DNA of 64,000 bases from Candidatus Vogelbacteria bacterium RIFOXYD1_FULL_46_19 (lineage in GTDB: Bacteria; Patescibacteriota; Minisyncoccia; Phycocordibacterales; XYD1-FULL-46-19): contig MHTK01000002.1 in assembly GCA_001824825.1 (NCBI GenBank), forward strand, positions 6,020 to 70,019. The letters are read 5' to 3'. The number at the start of each line of letters is the position of its first letter. Within the stretch, counting starts at the first letter, position 1. Under the pieces are notes generated by a model. That model saw nothing but the letters and a program-made list of their open reading frames with translations. It ran no database searches and was not told the origin of the DNA. The position numbers and the translations under genes were made by a program. Below, piece by piece: positions 8,608 through 18,573 of the stretch.

Positions 8608-11600
8608 ATGAATGAAAATAATATTGAGTCTAATATTCCCAAACTGGATTACAATAATCTCCGGCTAACTCTTCACGACCTAACCCGAAAATTAAAAAAT
8701 TTACCAAAGCCTGACTTGTCGGGCTTTGGACCATCTAGAATTGAAGAAATTAAAAAACAATTAGAGAAACTCGCACCAGAAATTGAGGCCATAATATCTG
8801 ACCCGGCTATCAAATCCGAAAATAAAGAGCTTCTAAAAAATCAACTAAACAGAATCGAGGATAGATTAAATAAAACCTCTGACAATGAAACAAGCCCTTC
8901 AACCACTAAAGGCAGTGCAACAAAGGAAGAAAAGGAAGAGCAACTTGAAGTGGTGAAAAAAGCTTTTTTGAACGCTAAAGATATTATTGACACCCCAGAG
9001 GTAGACCCGGCCGATAAAAAGTCCGCAGTTGAAGCTTTCTATCAAGCTCGACAAGATTACTACCACCAAATGGAAGGAGGAGAAAAAGTGCCCGAAGAAT
9101 TAAAAGATGCCAACTTGCGTATTGCTAAAGTGGAAAAAGACCTGCAAACTCCCACCAATCAGGAATCCATTAAATCACCTGCAAAAACCAAACTAAAGCC
9201 AGATGAAATAACTCTAGAACCGGTCGACAAAACCGCCGGTAGGGCAATTAAATTTTCCGACACCGACCATCGAGAAATACAATCCGCCCTAAAACCAGAA
9301 ACCGAAACAGACAGTGCTCTTGATAGTTACTGGCGACTAGTAGAAGAAACGGCTAACCCCCAAGTACCCCCAACCATTCAAACACCGGAAGAACAAAAAC
9401 GTTCGAGGGGGCAGGTTAAAACCAATCAATTTGTCCAAGACCATCTCGGAATGCTATCACGTGCCGAAAGAGAAAAAATACCCTCAGGATTAAAACCTCA
9501 AGACCCAATTCAAGAACACCCGCCGGTAGTGGAGCCAGCGGCCACACTAGGGGCCGAGGCAACTCCTGTGTTAGTAGACAACGAGGAAAAAAAACCAGAC
9601 GAGCTGACTGCCTTGCTGGAAGAATCAAAGGTGCAAGAACAAGCGGAACTAGACAAAATTACTCAAGCCATCAGTGAAACTACCACTTTAGACGAACTTC
9701 AAACAGCGATCGATAACCTAGGTGGCTTGCAAGGAAGCGACTACTATTCATCGGAAGATCTGAAAAAGCAAATAGACCGTTATTTAATATCGTCAAATAA
9801 ATTCTTTTTAACTGGAGCCGGTGGCTTTCGCGACAAAATAGTGGAACTAGTAAAGCTAGATTCAACTAAAAGCTCAGAGGCCAAACTCCAGGAGCTCCCA
9901 GGATTTAAATTTAGAGACGGAGCAACAAGTACAGCCAGTAGCAATCAAGTAGAGCCAGCAACATCTGAGGTGGGTTCAGAAACAGAAGAAAAAACGGAAA
10001 AGGATGAAAACCTTCAAGACTTATTAGAAGCACTACTAGCTGAAGCTGATGATGAAAAAAATGCGTCTTTAACTCCAAACAACTTCTCCTCGACCAAATT
10101 ACCAACCCTAGAAAACAATGATGATAACACGGAGTTACCAGCTTTAGATCCAGTATTTGTCCAAGAAATGATGGCTAGCCTACCTCCAGAGGAAGTAGGT
10201 TCAGCCACCAACTTTGAAAGCTTGCCGACACCCACTCAAGAAAAAATTAAAGTAGGACTATACAATCTGGGCTGGCAGTTTAAAAAAACTAAAAGCGACT
10301 GGATGGCTCTGGCTCTTGAAAGTATGACCAGCAAGAAAGTTTCCGCTGACGAACTAAAAAATTTAAGCCCAGGCAAGCGTTTAGCCCACGGCTTAGCCGC
10401 CAGCTATCACCGCGATAGCCAGCAAGCCGAATCGCGAATGAGGGAAATAGCCCAGTTAAAAGCTAGGGGTGAAAGTACAAGTTTACTGAGGCATAAGCTA
10501 GGCAATGTAGGCCAACCTTTAAGCACACTTGTAAAAATCGGCCGCACTGTGGCTGACTTAACTGGGGTGGCGATCATTAATCCAACCCGATATGTTTTAG
10601 CCGCCAGTATGATGGCCGGACGAGTAGCGGAAGCTGGTAAAGAAGCTCGTTTTTCCAGTCAGATAACACTAAAGCGAGCTGGTGTAGAAAAGTATCAAAA
10701 CGAGCTTAATTTTGAAGAGCTGGCCTTTGGATCACTAAAAGAAAAATTTCAGCAATTTGAAAATTTTAAAAATCGTAAAAATCATTTACGAAAAATTGCT
10801 CGCGGTATCGCCGCAATGCCTAAAAGAACAACTGGTATGTCGGAAGAAGAAAAGACACAGTTCCAAGAGAATAAATTCACTGGCAATGAAGAACAACTAG
10901 ACTCAGTAAACATCGAAAATGCTTTGACTAAAGTGTCCGATTTTATTGCCGACGGCGTCCAAGGACTTTTACGTTTCGATACCCAACAAAACATTAACGC
11001 CATTGATAAGAAACTCCGTAAGTTAGAAACAAATAGCAAACTGACAGCCGAACAAAAAGAAGCGGTCAAACAAAAAATATTCAAGGCTCATAGCCGGCGA
11101 ATAAAAGATTTAGAAAGAATGACCAGTCGCTATGCCACCATTGATGTTTTGGCTCACACCGCGCGCACTTTAGAATTTGGCGCCAAAGCCACTACAAACA
11201 TTATGATGGTGGAAAGTTTACTGTTGGCGGCTGCCAATATTTACGATCACTTGTTACAGCAAACAGACGAAACAGTAGCCACCACTAATCAAATAGAACA
11301 AATTGAGAAAACCATAAGTGATGATTCACAATCTACCCCAGATGAAACCAATAAATCAACAGAAGATACCGGTCGTTTGTCCTACAACTACCTTTTACCA
11401 AGTGATGAAATGGAAACACAATCTGTCCCTGTTGCTAATGTCGGCTCAACACCAACAGAAAAATTAACAGCAGGTGACCCAGTAGATGTTGAACCTCAAG
11501 CTTCAAGCGAGAGGGTTATCCCACCTGTTTATCAAGAACTAGCCAAGTCAACCTCTCCAGCAGAAAGCGTCACCCCAGATGGAGAAAAACTACCCCTCCT

Positions 11601-12942
11601 CGAACAAACTGGGGCAGAAGTGTCCTATGGTGATAAAATCAGCGTCATTTATGACATCGGTCGCGGGGGCGACTTCGACTCACTCGACCAAGCTCTGCGC
11701 CGAATTGTGGTTCAAGAATACGACTTTAGTAGCGGTGACAAAATTTTAAGCCCAGTGGAAGCGGCTCAACTTGAAAATGTCTTGGCCAATGTCCGGGAGA
11801 TATTAGGCGGACGCACGATCGCCAGCCTCGGGCCTGATGACTTAAAAGGGGTAGCGGAATTTTCAGGTGGCAAACTCACTATTACCGACTACCAAGAATT
11901 TGATCAGAAAATTCTAAGCCCCTTATTTGAGCGAGCTAGCGAAAACATTACCGCCGACTCCCCGGCTGTAAAATTTGCTCAAGCTACTTCCATCGACAAA
12001 TGGCAAGAAATGTTAAGTCAACGGTTTACCTCAGACGACTATAAAGTGGCCACCAACTTCACCGAATCTCCAGCCAGCCCCGCTGTCATCGAGCCTGAAT
12101 CGGAAATGTCCAAAATAAACATCTCCACCAACTCAAGCATCCAACCCACCTCGGCTGAGGAAATTCTAATAAAAACCAAGGTTCCGGAAACACCAGCTGG
12201 TGAGCAAATTACACTTAAGGGCCCCGAAAGCTACAACTCGCCAGCCCCTACCGAAACTCCCCGTATCCCTGATAGTAAACTGATTGATCGAATAGCTGTC
12301 GAAGAAGCCATAGTAAATCTAGGTTACCGCTATAGCCTCCCCACTCCCTTAGCCAGAGCGGTTATGGAATTGGGGCTATCTGATCAGGTAGAGGGCTTAA
12401 CTGAAAGCGGAGTTGCGAAGCCCGGCAGTCAGTTTGATTTTCTGATCAAAATCTGTGGCCCTGATGGCTTTAGTCAAATCTTAAATGACTTAGGGCAAAT
12501 TGATCGTAATCAATTAAATATCTTTAATCAGCTTCACACCGACGGGGCCACTATCGAGCAAATTCGAAGCGCCATCAACTTTACCGATAAGATAAAGTGG
12601 GAGACCGGCCGAGAACTAGCTTTGGCGCGGGCCATCGCCTTCAATAAAACCGAATATTGGCAAGCTGCTTTGGGTAAGGATCTAGTCCCCAATGGGCCAC
12701 AAACAACGAGATTTACCAAAGACGGTGACTTAGTCTTAAAGCAAATTGAAGGACTGAAAGGATCTCTCATTATTGACCCCAACCGACAAAAAATAATGTT
12801 GACCAATCTATTCGACCGGAAGGGTATCAAACTTGAACCGGACCGCTATATTAGTTTTAAAGATAAACCAATTGCTGAGGCTCTAAATAAAGCCCGGGAA
12901 ATAGTGGCTAGCGCTCGCCTACGTGCTACCAAAGCGACCTAA
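8608..12942 (+). CDS. Giant acidic/lysine-rich low-complexity protein (1444 aa), hypothetical
   Basis: Single uninterrupted ORF of 4.3 kb. The product is E/K/Q/S/T-rich with coiled-coil-like segments, no signal peptide and no recognisable catalytic motif. Confidence 0.7.
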   Translation: MNENNIESNIPKLDYNNLRLTLHDLTRKLKNLPKPDLSGFGPSRIEEIKKQLEKLAPEIEAIISDPAIKSENKELLKNQLNRIEDRLNKTSDNETSPSTTKGSATKEEKEEQLEVVKKAFLNAKDIIDTPEVDPADKKSAVEAFYQARQDYYHQMEGGEKVPEELKDANLRIAKVEKDLQTPTNQESIKSPAKTKLKPDEITLEPVDKTAGRAIKFSDTDHREIQSALKPETETDSALDSYWRLVEETANPQVPPTIQTPEEQKRSRGQVKTNQFVQDHLGMLSRAEREKIPSGLKPQDPIQEHPPVVEPAATLGAEATPVLVDNEEKKPDELTALLEESKVQEQAELDKITQAISETTTLDELQTAIDNLGGLQGSDYYSSEDLKKQIDRYLISSNKFFLTGAGGFRDKIVELVKLDSTKSSEAKLQELPGFKFRDGATSTASSNQVEPATSEVGSETEEKTEKDENLQDLLEALLAEADDEKNASLTPNNFSSTKLPTLENNDDNTELPALDPVFVQEMMASLPPEEVGSATNFESLPTPTQEKIKVGLYNLGWQFKKTKSDWMALALESMTSKKVSADELKNLSPGKRLAHGLAASYHRDSQQAESRMREIAQLKARGESTSLLRHKLGNVGQPLSTLVKIGRTVADLTGVAIINPTRYVLAASMMAGRVAEAGKEARFSSQITLKRAGVEKYQNELNFEELAFGSLKEKFQQFENFKNRKNHLRKIARGIAAMPKRTTGMSEEEKTQFQENKFTGNEEQLDSVNIENALTKVSDFIADGVQGLLRFDTQQNINAIDKKLRKLETNSKLTAEQKEAVKQKIFKAHSRRIKDLERMTSRYATIDVLAHTARTLEFGAKATTNIMMVESLLLAAANIYDHLLQQTDETVATTNQIEQIEKTISDDSQSTPDETNKSTEDTGRLSYNYLLPSDEMETQSVPVANVGSTPTEKLTAGDPVDVEPQASSERVIPPVYQELAKSTSPAESVTPDGEKLPLLEQTGAEVSYGDKISVIYDIGRGGDFDSLDQALRRIVVQEYDFSSGDKILSPVEAAQLENVLANVREILGGRTIASLGPDDLKGVAEFSGGKLTITDYQEFDQKILSPLFERASENITADSPAVKFAQATSIDKWQEMLSQRFTSDDYKVATNFTESPASPAVIEPESEMSKINISTNSSIQPTSAEEILIKTKVPETPAGEQITLKGPESYNSPAPTETPRIPDSKLIDRIAVEEAIVNLGYRYSLPTPLARAVMELGLSDQVEGLTESGVAKPGSQFDFLIKICGPDGFSQILNDLGQIDRNQLNIFNQLHTDGATIEQIRSAINFTDKIKWETGRELALARAIAFNKTEYWQAALGKDLVPNGPQTTRFTKDGDLVLKQIEGLKGSLIIDPNRQKIMLTNLFDRKGIKLEPDRYISFKDKPIAEALNKAREIVASARLRATKAT

Positions 12943-12991
12943 ACAGCCCGACCCACCCGGGCCCCCACTTGAAGTTCTACCTTAAAAATAG

Positions 12992-13024
12992 TTATCCACA
13001 ACTATTCCACTTGGCTGTGGATAA
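12992..13024. promoter_or_regulatory. Pair of perfect DnaA boxes in inverted orientation (TTATCCACA at 12992-13000, TGTGGATAA at 13016-13024)
   Basis: Exact consensus 9-mers spaced 15 bp apart, about 65 bp upstream of the 13090 gene. Confidence 0.45.
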
Positions 13025-13089
13025 CATCTCATCAATGTTATAATTACCACTATATTTACTAGCTTAAAAGTATTAACTGCCGTCTTTTT

Positions 13090-15237
13090 ATGAAATATTT
13101 ATTCAACTTATTAACCCTCGTGGCCCTGATTTTAATCCCCACTTTTGGACGAGCCCAATCAGGATCTACTGGCTACTGTTACAACTTCACCCGAAATTTA
13201 ATTCCAACATCAGTAGGAGCAGACGTTACCGCTCTACAAGATCTACTTCGCAGTGAAGGACATTTACAAATAGACAATTCCACTCGCTACTACGGCACGC
13301 AAACGACCGCCGCTTTAGCTAGCTGGCAAAGGGCTCACTGGCCCATCCCAGCCATTGGCCTCTTTGGTCCCTTAACTCGGGCAGCCTTTGTCAATCTCTG
13401 TCAGCAAGACGATAATCAAACAGATAATGAAACGGAAACCGGTACCACTCCCAACCTTAACCTATCAACCTCCGGCCCCAGCAAACTTACTACCGGCGAA
13501 ATAGGTACCTGGCAAGTAACTTCCAACGCGGAAATGGAACACACTGTCGTCTACAGCGCCAACTGGGGTGACAATATAATGACTCCGGCCTTTAGACGAG
13601 CCGGTCCTAGAACTGTCCCCTTTACTCACACCTACCAAAAAGCCGGAACTTATGAAATTACCTTTACGGGTGACCAAACCACTGATATCACCGAAGTAAC
13701 GGTTTCGGACCCCAGTCCAACCACCGACAACCCTGATACCAATGAAAACCCCACTAACGAGGCGAACGACGAAGATGATCCAAATAACACCGAGAAGGAC
13801 CCCACTATCTCTTTCACTCCAGAAATAAGTAGCCCTGTTAATCTTGAGCCCTCAGACTCAATTAACTGGGAAGTCAAAGCGCAAGACAGCAACAATGATT
13901 TAAGATCTTTATCTTACCGCTGGGTCGACCAGAGAACGACTAACAAAGTAAATTCTCCAACAACTAGAGGCACTAGCCAGCTAACCAGAACAGTCAAGCG
14001 AGTATTTACCAGACCAGGAACCTATACCCTCTCAGTCGCCGCCGAAGATGCGGAGAAACGAGTCACCACTGAAAGTATTAAAGTGGTGGTCGGCGAAGTA
14101 TCGGCCAATAACGCCGGGCCATCAATTATACTTAACCCTAACAACCTGGATGGATCCACTCACACTATCCCGGCCGCTGTTAACTGGAGTGTAACTGCCA
14201 CCGATCCAACAGGCAACTTAAGCTCTTTAACTTATAAATGGTCAGACGAAGTTTACACTCACTACGCGGCCAGCAACCTTAACACGAGCAAAATTACTCG
14301 ATCAATCAGTCGTAGTTTTGCTCGAGCCGGCGCCTACAGTTTAACCATCATCGCCATCGACCGCACCGGCAACAAGGTCAACAAAACTGTCAAGATTACG
14401 GTCAATTCTACTGTTTCTGGCACCAACTCAGCTCCCGCCATCCAAGTAAGGTCCACCCCTCCCTCTAGCGCCCCCAGCGCTAATCAAAGCGCTAATATGC
14501 TAGGTACGATTAGTGGCACGGCTCCGATGACTGCCACTTGGAATGTCACCATTACCGATGCCGACCGCAACCTAAAATCTCTAACCTATTGGTGGTCTGG
14601 TGACTCCGGTTCAGAAATTGTCATGAATGCTCCCAACCTCACCACCGGCACCGATTACCTGACGACTCGCATCACCAAAACCTTCACTTCACCCGGCCAG
14701 TATTCTCTAAACTTAGTAGCGGTTGACACGGCCGGCGAGCGAACCAACCGACAAGCCGGAGCTAATATTCAATCACCAGTAAATCTAAGCAGTTATGCTC
14801 AACCGATTTTCATTAGTGAAATTCCCAGCACTTTAACCGTCGGTCAAAGGCTACCAGTCACTATTAAGATGATGAATACCGGCAACAGTACTTGGTACAG
14901 AAGTCAGACTATCGGAACAGTTGACCGTTCATTTAAACTTGGCTCTCAAAGTCCTCAAGACAATATCAACTGGGGAACAGCTCGGGTTAATTTAGAAGAA
15001 GATGTGACTCCTGGTAAAATTACAACGTTTAACTTTACGGTGACAGCTCCTAGTGAAGCGGGCTTCTACAATTTTCAGTGGAAAATGCTCCAGGAAAACT
15101 TAGGCTGGTTTGGCCGAGCCTTCCCTATCAATCCTAAAGTGATCGAGGTCAAAGCTGGCTCGACCACTTCCTCTGGTGAACTTAGTCAACTAGCTTCTTC
15201 CCTCCAAGCCTTAACCCAATTACTGAAAAATTACTAA
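13090..15237 (+). CDS. Secreted protein with peptidoglycan-binding-like domain, three PKD/Ig-like repeats and a C-terminal NBR1-FW-like domain
   Basis: N-terminal signal peptide (LLTLVALILIPTFGRAQS). A PG_binding_1-like segment follows (VTALQDLLRSEGHL...YYGTQTTAALASWQRAH). Three repeats share the pattern ...PGxYxLxxxAxDxxG.... The C-terminal W-rich segment (WYRSQ...NWGTARV...FQWKMLQENLGWFG) resembles the FW / N_BRCA1_IG fold. Confidence 0.65.
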   Translation: MKYLFNLLTLVALILIPTFGRAQSGSTGYCYNFTRNLIPTSVGADVTALQDLLRSEGHLQIDNSTRYYGTQTTAALASWQRAHWPIPAIGLFGPLTRAAFVNLCQQDDNQTDNETETGTTPNLNLSTSGPSKLTTGEIGTWQVTSNAEMEHTVVYSANWGDNIMTPAFRRAGPRTVPFTHTYQKAGTYEITFTGDQTTDITEVTVSDPSPTTDNPDTNENPTNEANDEDDPNNTEKDPTISFTPEISSPVNLEPSDSINWEVKAQDSNNDLRSLSYRWVDQRTTNKVNSPTTRGTSQLTRTVKRVFTRPGTYTLSVAAEDAEKRVTTESIKVVVGEVSANNAGPSIILNPNNLDGSTHTIPAAVNWSVTATDPTGNLSSLTYKWSDEVYTHYAASNLNTSKITRSISRSFARAGAYSLTIIAIDRTGNKVNKTVKITVNSTVSGTNSAPAIQVRSTPPSSAPSANQSANMLGTISGTAPMTATWNVTITDADRNLKSLTYWWSGDSGSEIVMNAPNLTTGTDYLTTRITKTFTSPGQYSLNLVAVDTAGERTNRQAGANIQSPVNLSSYAQPIFISEIPSTLTVGQRLPVTIKMMNTGNSTWYRSQTIGTVDRSFKLGSQSPQDNINWGTARVNLEEDVTPGKITTFNFTVTAPSEAGFYNFQWKMLQENLGWFGRAFPINPKVIEVKAGSTTSSGELSQLASSLQALTQLLKNY

Positions 15238-15258
15238 AATTACTTTACAGTAACAAGC

Positions 15259-15295
15259 AAACTCTCGGTCCCACCAGACCGAGAGTTTTTGTTTG
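15259..15295 (+). terminator. Rho-independent terminator
   Basis: AAACTCTCGGTC-ccacca-GACCGAGAGTTTTTGTTT hairpin. Confidence 0.7.
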
Positions 15296-15428
15296 GTTTT
15301 ATTCTATCAAAAATATTTAGCTCACCTTACCAGCTAAGGTATAATATAAATTATTCCCTGACTGACAATCAGCCTATCTACCAACCAAATTGAAAGTGCG
15401 TTTTAACCCAATTATTTAAGTTTACATT

Positions 15429-16391
15429 ATGATTTGGATTCTAAACCTTGCTTTGTTTGTAGGATCAGCCAGCCTCCTATACATAGCTAGTGAAATGATT
15501 GTCTCTGGACTAGTACGCCTGGCTCGCTATTTTGGTTGGAAAGAGTTTGTGGTAGCTTTTTTTGTGATGGCTATGGCCGCCTCTTTACCTAATTTTTTTG
15601 TTGGCCTAACTTCAGCCCTTAAAAACATTCCTCAGTTATCCTTCGGGGATATTATGGGTAATAACATTATTGCTCTTACTGTCGCCGTCGCTTTAGCGAC
15701 TTTTTTTGCTCCCAAAAAGGAACTCCCAGCCGATGGTCAGACTATTCAGTCGACCCTTATTTTCACCACCGTGGCCGCCCTCCTACCCCTCCTACTCATT
15801 GTCGATAATGTTTTGTCCCGGGGTGATGGGCTAATTTTAATTTTATTTTTCCTGTCTTACATTTATTGGCTGTTTTCTAAAAAAGAAAGATTCACTAAAA
15901 CTTATGATCCAACTGACACAGCCAAGCTAAACTTATCCCAAGCCCTACTAACCACCACTAAAATTACCGGTGGAATTGGCATCTTGTTTGTAGCCTCTCA
16001 AGGCATTGTACTATCAGCCACCTTCTTAGCCACTGACCTAGGACTGCCTTTGATTTTGGTCGGTATTATAATTTTGGGTCTGGGTAGCGCTCTGCCGGAA
16101 ATTTATTTTGCTTTCAGTTCAGCCAGGCGGGGGGAAACCGATATGATCTTAGGTAACTTGATGGGTTCGGTTATTATCCCCGCCTCTTTAATCTTAGGAT
16201 TAGTGGCCATTATTCACCCCATCAGCAGTCAAAGCCTAGCGTGGATTGCTAGCAGCCGGATGGTGCTCCTTCTAGCCATCATTCTATTTTTTGTCTTCAC
16301 GCGTTCCAGTCACAAAATTTCCCAACGTGAAAGTTTGATTTTACTGCTAGTTTATCTCGTGTTTATAATGACCATCATTTTTTATAAGTAG
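15429..16391 (+). CDS. Ca2+/Na+ antiporter (CaCA / YrbG family)
   Basis: 320 aa, about 10 TM segments, with two alpha-repeat motifs (GDIMGNNI... and LGSALPE...GNLMGS). Confidence 0.8.
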   Translation: MIWILNLALFVGSASLLYIASEMIVSGLVRLARYFGWKEFVVAFFVMAMAASLPNFFVGLTSALKNIPQLSFGDIMGNNIIALTVAVALATFFAPKKELPADGQTIQSTLIFTTVAALLPLLLIVDNVLSRGDGLILILFFLSYIYWLFSKKERFTKTYDPTDTAKLNLSQALLTTTKITGGIGILFVASQGIVLSATFLATDLGLPLILVGIIILGLGSALPEIYFAFSSARRGETDMILGNLMGSVIIPASLILGLVAIIHPISSQSLAWIASSRMVLLLAIILFFVFTRSSHKISQRESLILLLVYLVFIMTIIFYK

Positions 16392-16404
16392 AAAAATGAA
16401 TGAT

Positions 16405-18069
16405 CTAAATTTTACCAACAATTGGTTTAACCGGTAATTTAACATAGAAAGTACTGCCATGGCCGGAACCCTCCGACTCCGCCCAAATCTTACCCTGGTG
16501 AGCCTCCACAATTTTTTTAGCGATAAATAGGCCGTGTCCAGTGCTGTGAACGTTAATCTTGGCTGATTCCCTGCCTTTGCCACCTTCAGTAAATAGCTTT
16601 TTCTGATCATCATTAGAAAGACCAACACCTGTATCTTCAATCGAAAAAAGATAATTATTTGTATCTTGAGTTAACTTAACTTTAATGCCCCCGGTTAATG
16701 TGTAATTTAAAGCATTGTCAATTAGATTTTTAAATACATGTTCCACCAGTTGACCCTGATCCCCGGTAATCAAACCTTCGCCACTCGGTAGCCCAACCTC
16801 AAAACTTAACCCTTTATGCTTGGCCTGTTTTTCGTAATCGAGGCTTAATTTTTTTATAGTTTCAGTTAAAGAAAAAACTTTAAAATTATACTCTACCTTA
16901 CCACTACTAAGATCGGCTGACTTTAATATATTTTCTACAGTTTGACGTCCTTTGGCGTTAGATTCAGACGCTTCCTTAATCAATGATTTTACTGATTCTG
17001 GAACCAATCCATAGTCACCGCTTAAAATTGACTCATACGCAAATTGATTCTTAGTTAAATAATTTTTTACCTCGTGGCTTAAAAAATGAAGAAAATCCTC
17101 CTGCCCTTCATTAGATAAAGCCAATTTGTCATTGGTCGCTTTTAATTGTAGAGAAATCATTTCCTCACGTTCCTTGGCTTTGATTTCTCTCTTAACCCCA
17201 CGAATAGTGATAGCACTTAATATAATATAAACGACTAAGGTCAAAACAATAACAAAATAAATATAGGTCAGATCTTGCACAAATAGAAGTGAAGCAATGA
17301 CCAAACCCTGAGTCACTAATAGGGCTTTGACCCCAATTAACTTAATGTTAAAAGTATGAAATTTAACAATTAAGTAAGACAAAATGGCAGTAAAGATGAG
17401 CATCCCAAACAAACCCAACTGTTCTAGGGCAAACAGACCCAAAACCGAAGCGACCTGCCACGTAAAAATTAACAAGGCCACGAAAAATATAAGCCCCAAG
17501 GAAAACAGAAGTTTTTGCAGTCGATCTTTAGGATTGGCCGCTCGCTTTACTTTAACCACCCCCACCACCACCAACCAGACAAAAATTAATCCGGAAACAA
17601 TGTTTTGATAAAGATCCATCGCTGGTGAGGTAACTAGTTCACAATTAGTTAAATCAAAATATAGAATATTCCACGGTGAAAAAATCAAAGCTCCGGTTAA
17701 GGCAAACAAAGCAAACCAGAACAACTTGTAAGTCATCTTTACCGGCTTATCATTAAGAAACACATATAGCAAATACAGTGAAACGAGGGGTATGGAAAAC
17801 TGAATAAGCTGAGACAGTGGCCAAATAATGGTAATTAGATTAACGTTAACATTTGTCCATAAGATAAGGTTAAAAAATACTAATAGACAAAATAAAATAT
17901 TTAAGATTAATAAAACTTTAACGGCTAAACTTTGACGATTCTTATAAAATAAATATATCCCTGATCCTAACGCGACAAAAAAAGCCGGTAAATGTGAGTA
18001 ATACAAAAGCGGCAAAGCATCAGTTGAAAATAAGAAGTAAATTGGCGGTGCAACGTCAGTACAAAACAT
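16405..18069 (-). CDS. Sensor histidine kinase with large multi-TM N-terminal sensor domain
   Basis: 554 aa. The N-terminal 300 aa is polytopic membrane. There is an H-box (SHEVKNYL) and an HATPase_c domain with N, G1 and G2 boxes (DNALNYT..., IEDTGVGL, GHGLFIAKKIV). No response regulator is adjacent. Confidence 0.85.
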   Translation of the reverse strand: MFCTDVAPPIYFLFSTDALPLLYYSHLPAFFVALGSGIYLFYKNRQSLAVKVLLILNILFCLLVFFNLILWTNVNVNLITIIWPLSQLIQFSIPLVSLYLLYVFLNDKPVKMTYKLFWFALFALTGALIFSPWNILYFDLTNCELVTSPAMDLYQNIVSGLIFVWLVVVGVVKVKRAANPKDRLQKLLFSLGLIFFVALLIFTWQVASVLGLFALEQLGLFGMLIFTAILSYLIVKFHTFNIKLIGVKALLVTQGLVIASLLFVQDLTYIYFVIVLTLVVYIILSAITIRGVKREIKAKEREEMISLQLKATNDKLALSNEGQEDFLHFLSHEVKNYLTKNQFAYESILSGDYGLVPESVKSLIKEASESNAKGRQTVENILKSADLSSGKVEYNFKVFSLTETIKKLSLDYEKQAKHKGLSFEVGLPSGEGLITGDQGQLVEHVFKNLIDNALNYTLTGGIKVKLTQDTNNYLFSIEDTGVGLSNDDQKKLFTEGGKGRESAKINVHSTGHGLFIAKKIVEAHQGKIWAESEGSGHGSTFYVKLPVKPIVGKI

Positions 18070-18072
18070 GGT

Positions 18073-18405
18073 TTATATGTTAAATTCTTCAGGGCCGGTA
18101 CAAGTCTCCCCTTCTTCGACCTCATCTTCGGTGCAATAAGTTATACGACAATTTCCCGTACGACAAAAATCATAACAATCGTCACGAGCAGAACATAGTC
18201 CATAATCTTCAGCAGACATCAGGGTATATTTATAAAAACTCTGACTATCATAAAAACAAGCTTCCACTGCTGGATCACAATTAATAGTTGTTTTTATTAA
18301 AAATTTTTGACTAACAACAACGTAAAAATATCCCCACCCGCTCACCAAGACCAAGACCGAGACTGAAGCTGCAAATATAATCTTGTTGAGGTCTTTAGGC
18401 TTCAT
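18073..18405 (-). CDS. Small membrane-anchored cysteine-rich protein (10 Cys in 75 aa ectodomain)
   Basis: 110 aa with one N-terminal TM helix and a Cys-rich acidic C-terminal part. Its stop lies 3 nt before the start of the histidine kinase gene. Confidence 0.5.
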   Translation of the reverse strand: MKPKDLNKIIFAASVSVLVLVSGWGYFYVVVSQKFLIKTTINCDPAVEACFYDSQSFYKYTLMSAEDYGLCSARDDCYDFCRTGNCRITYCTEDEVEEGETCTGPEEFNI

Positions 18406-18573
18406 AGACTAATCCAAGATTGAAATTAAAAGACGAGGCCCTTTTCTAATATGGTATTTAAAAAAAATATAACAACCGTCACAATTACTAAAATAACTAC
18501 GGAATTGAAATAACCTAGATCTAACTTCTGACAACAACTTTGAAGAAACTTTCATTAACTAAGTATATCAGCT

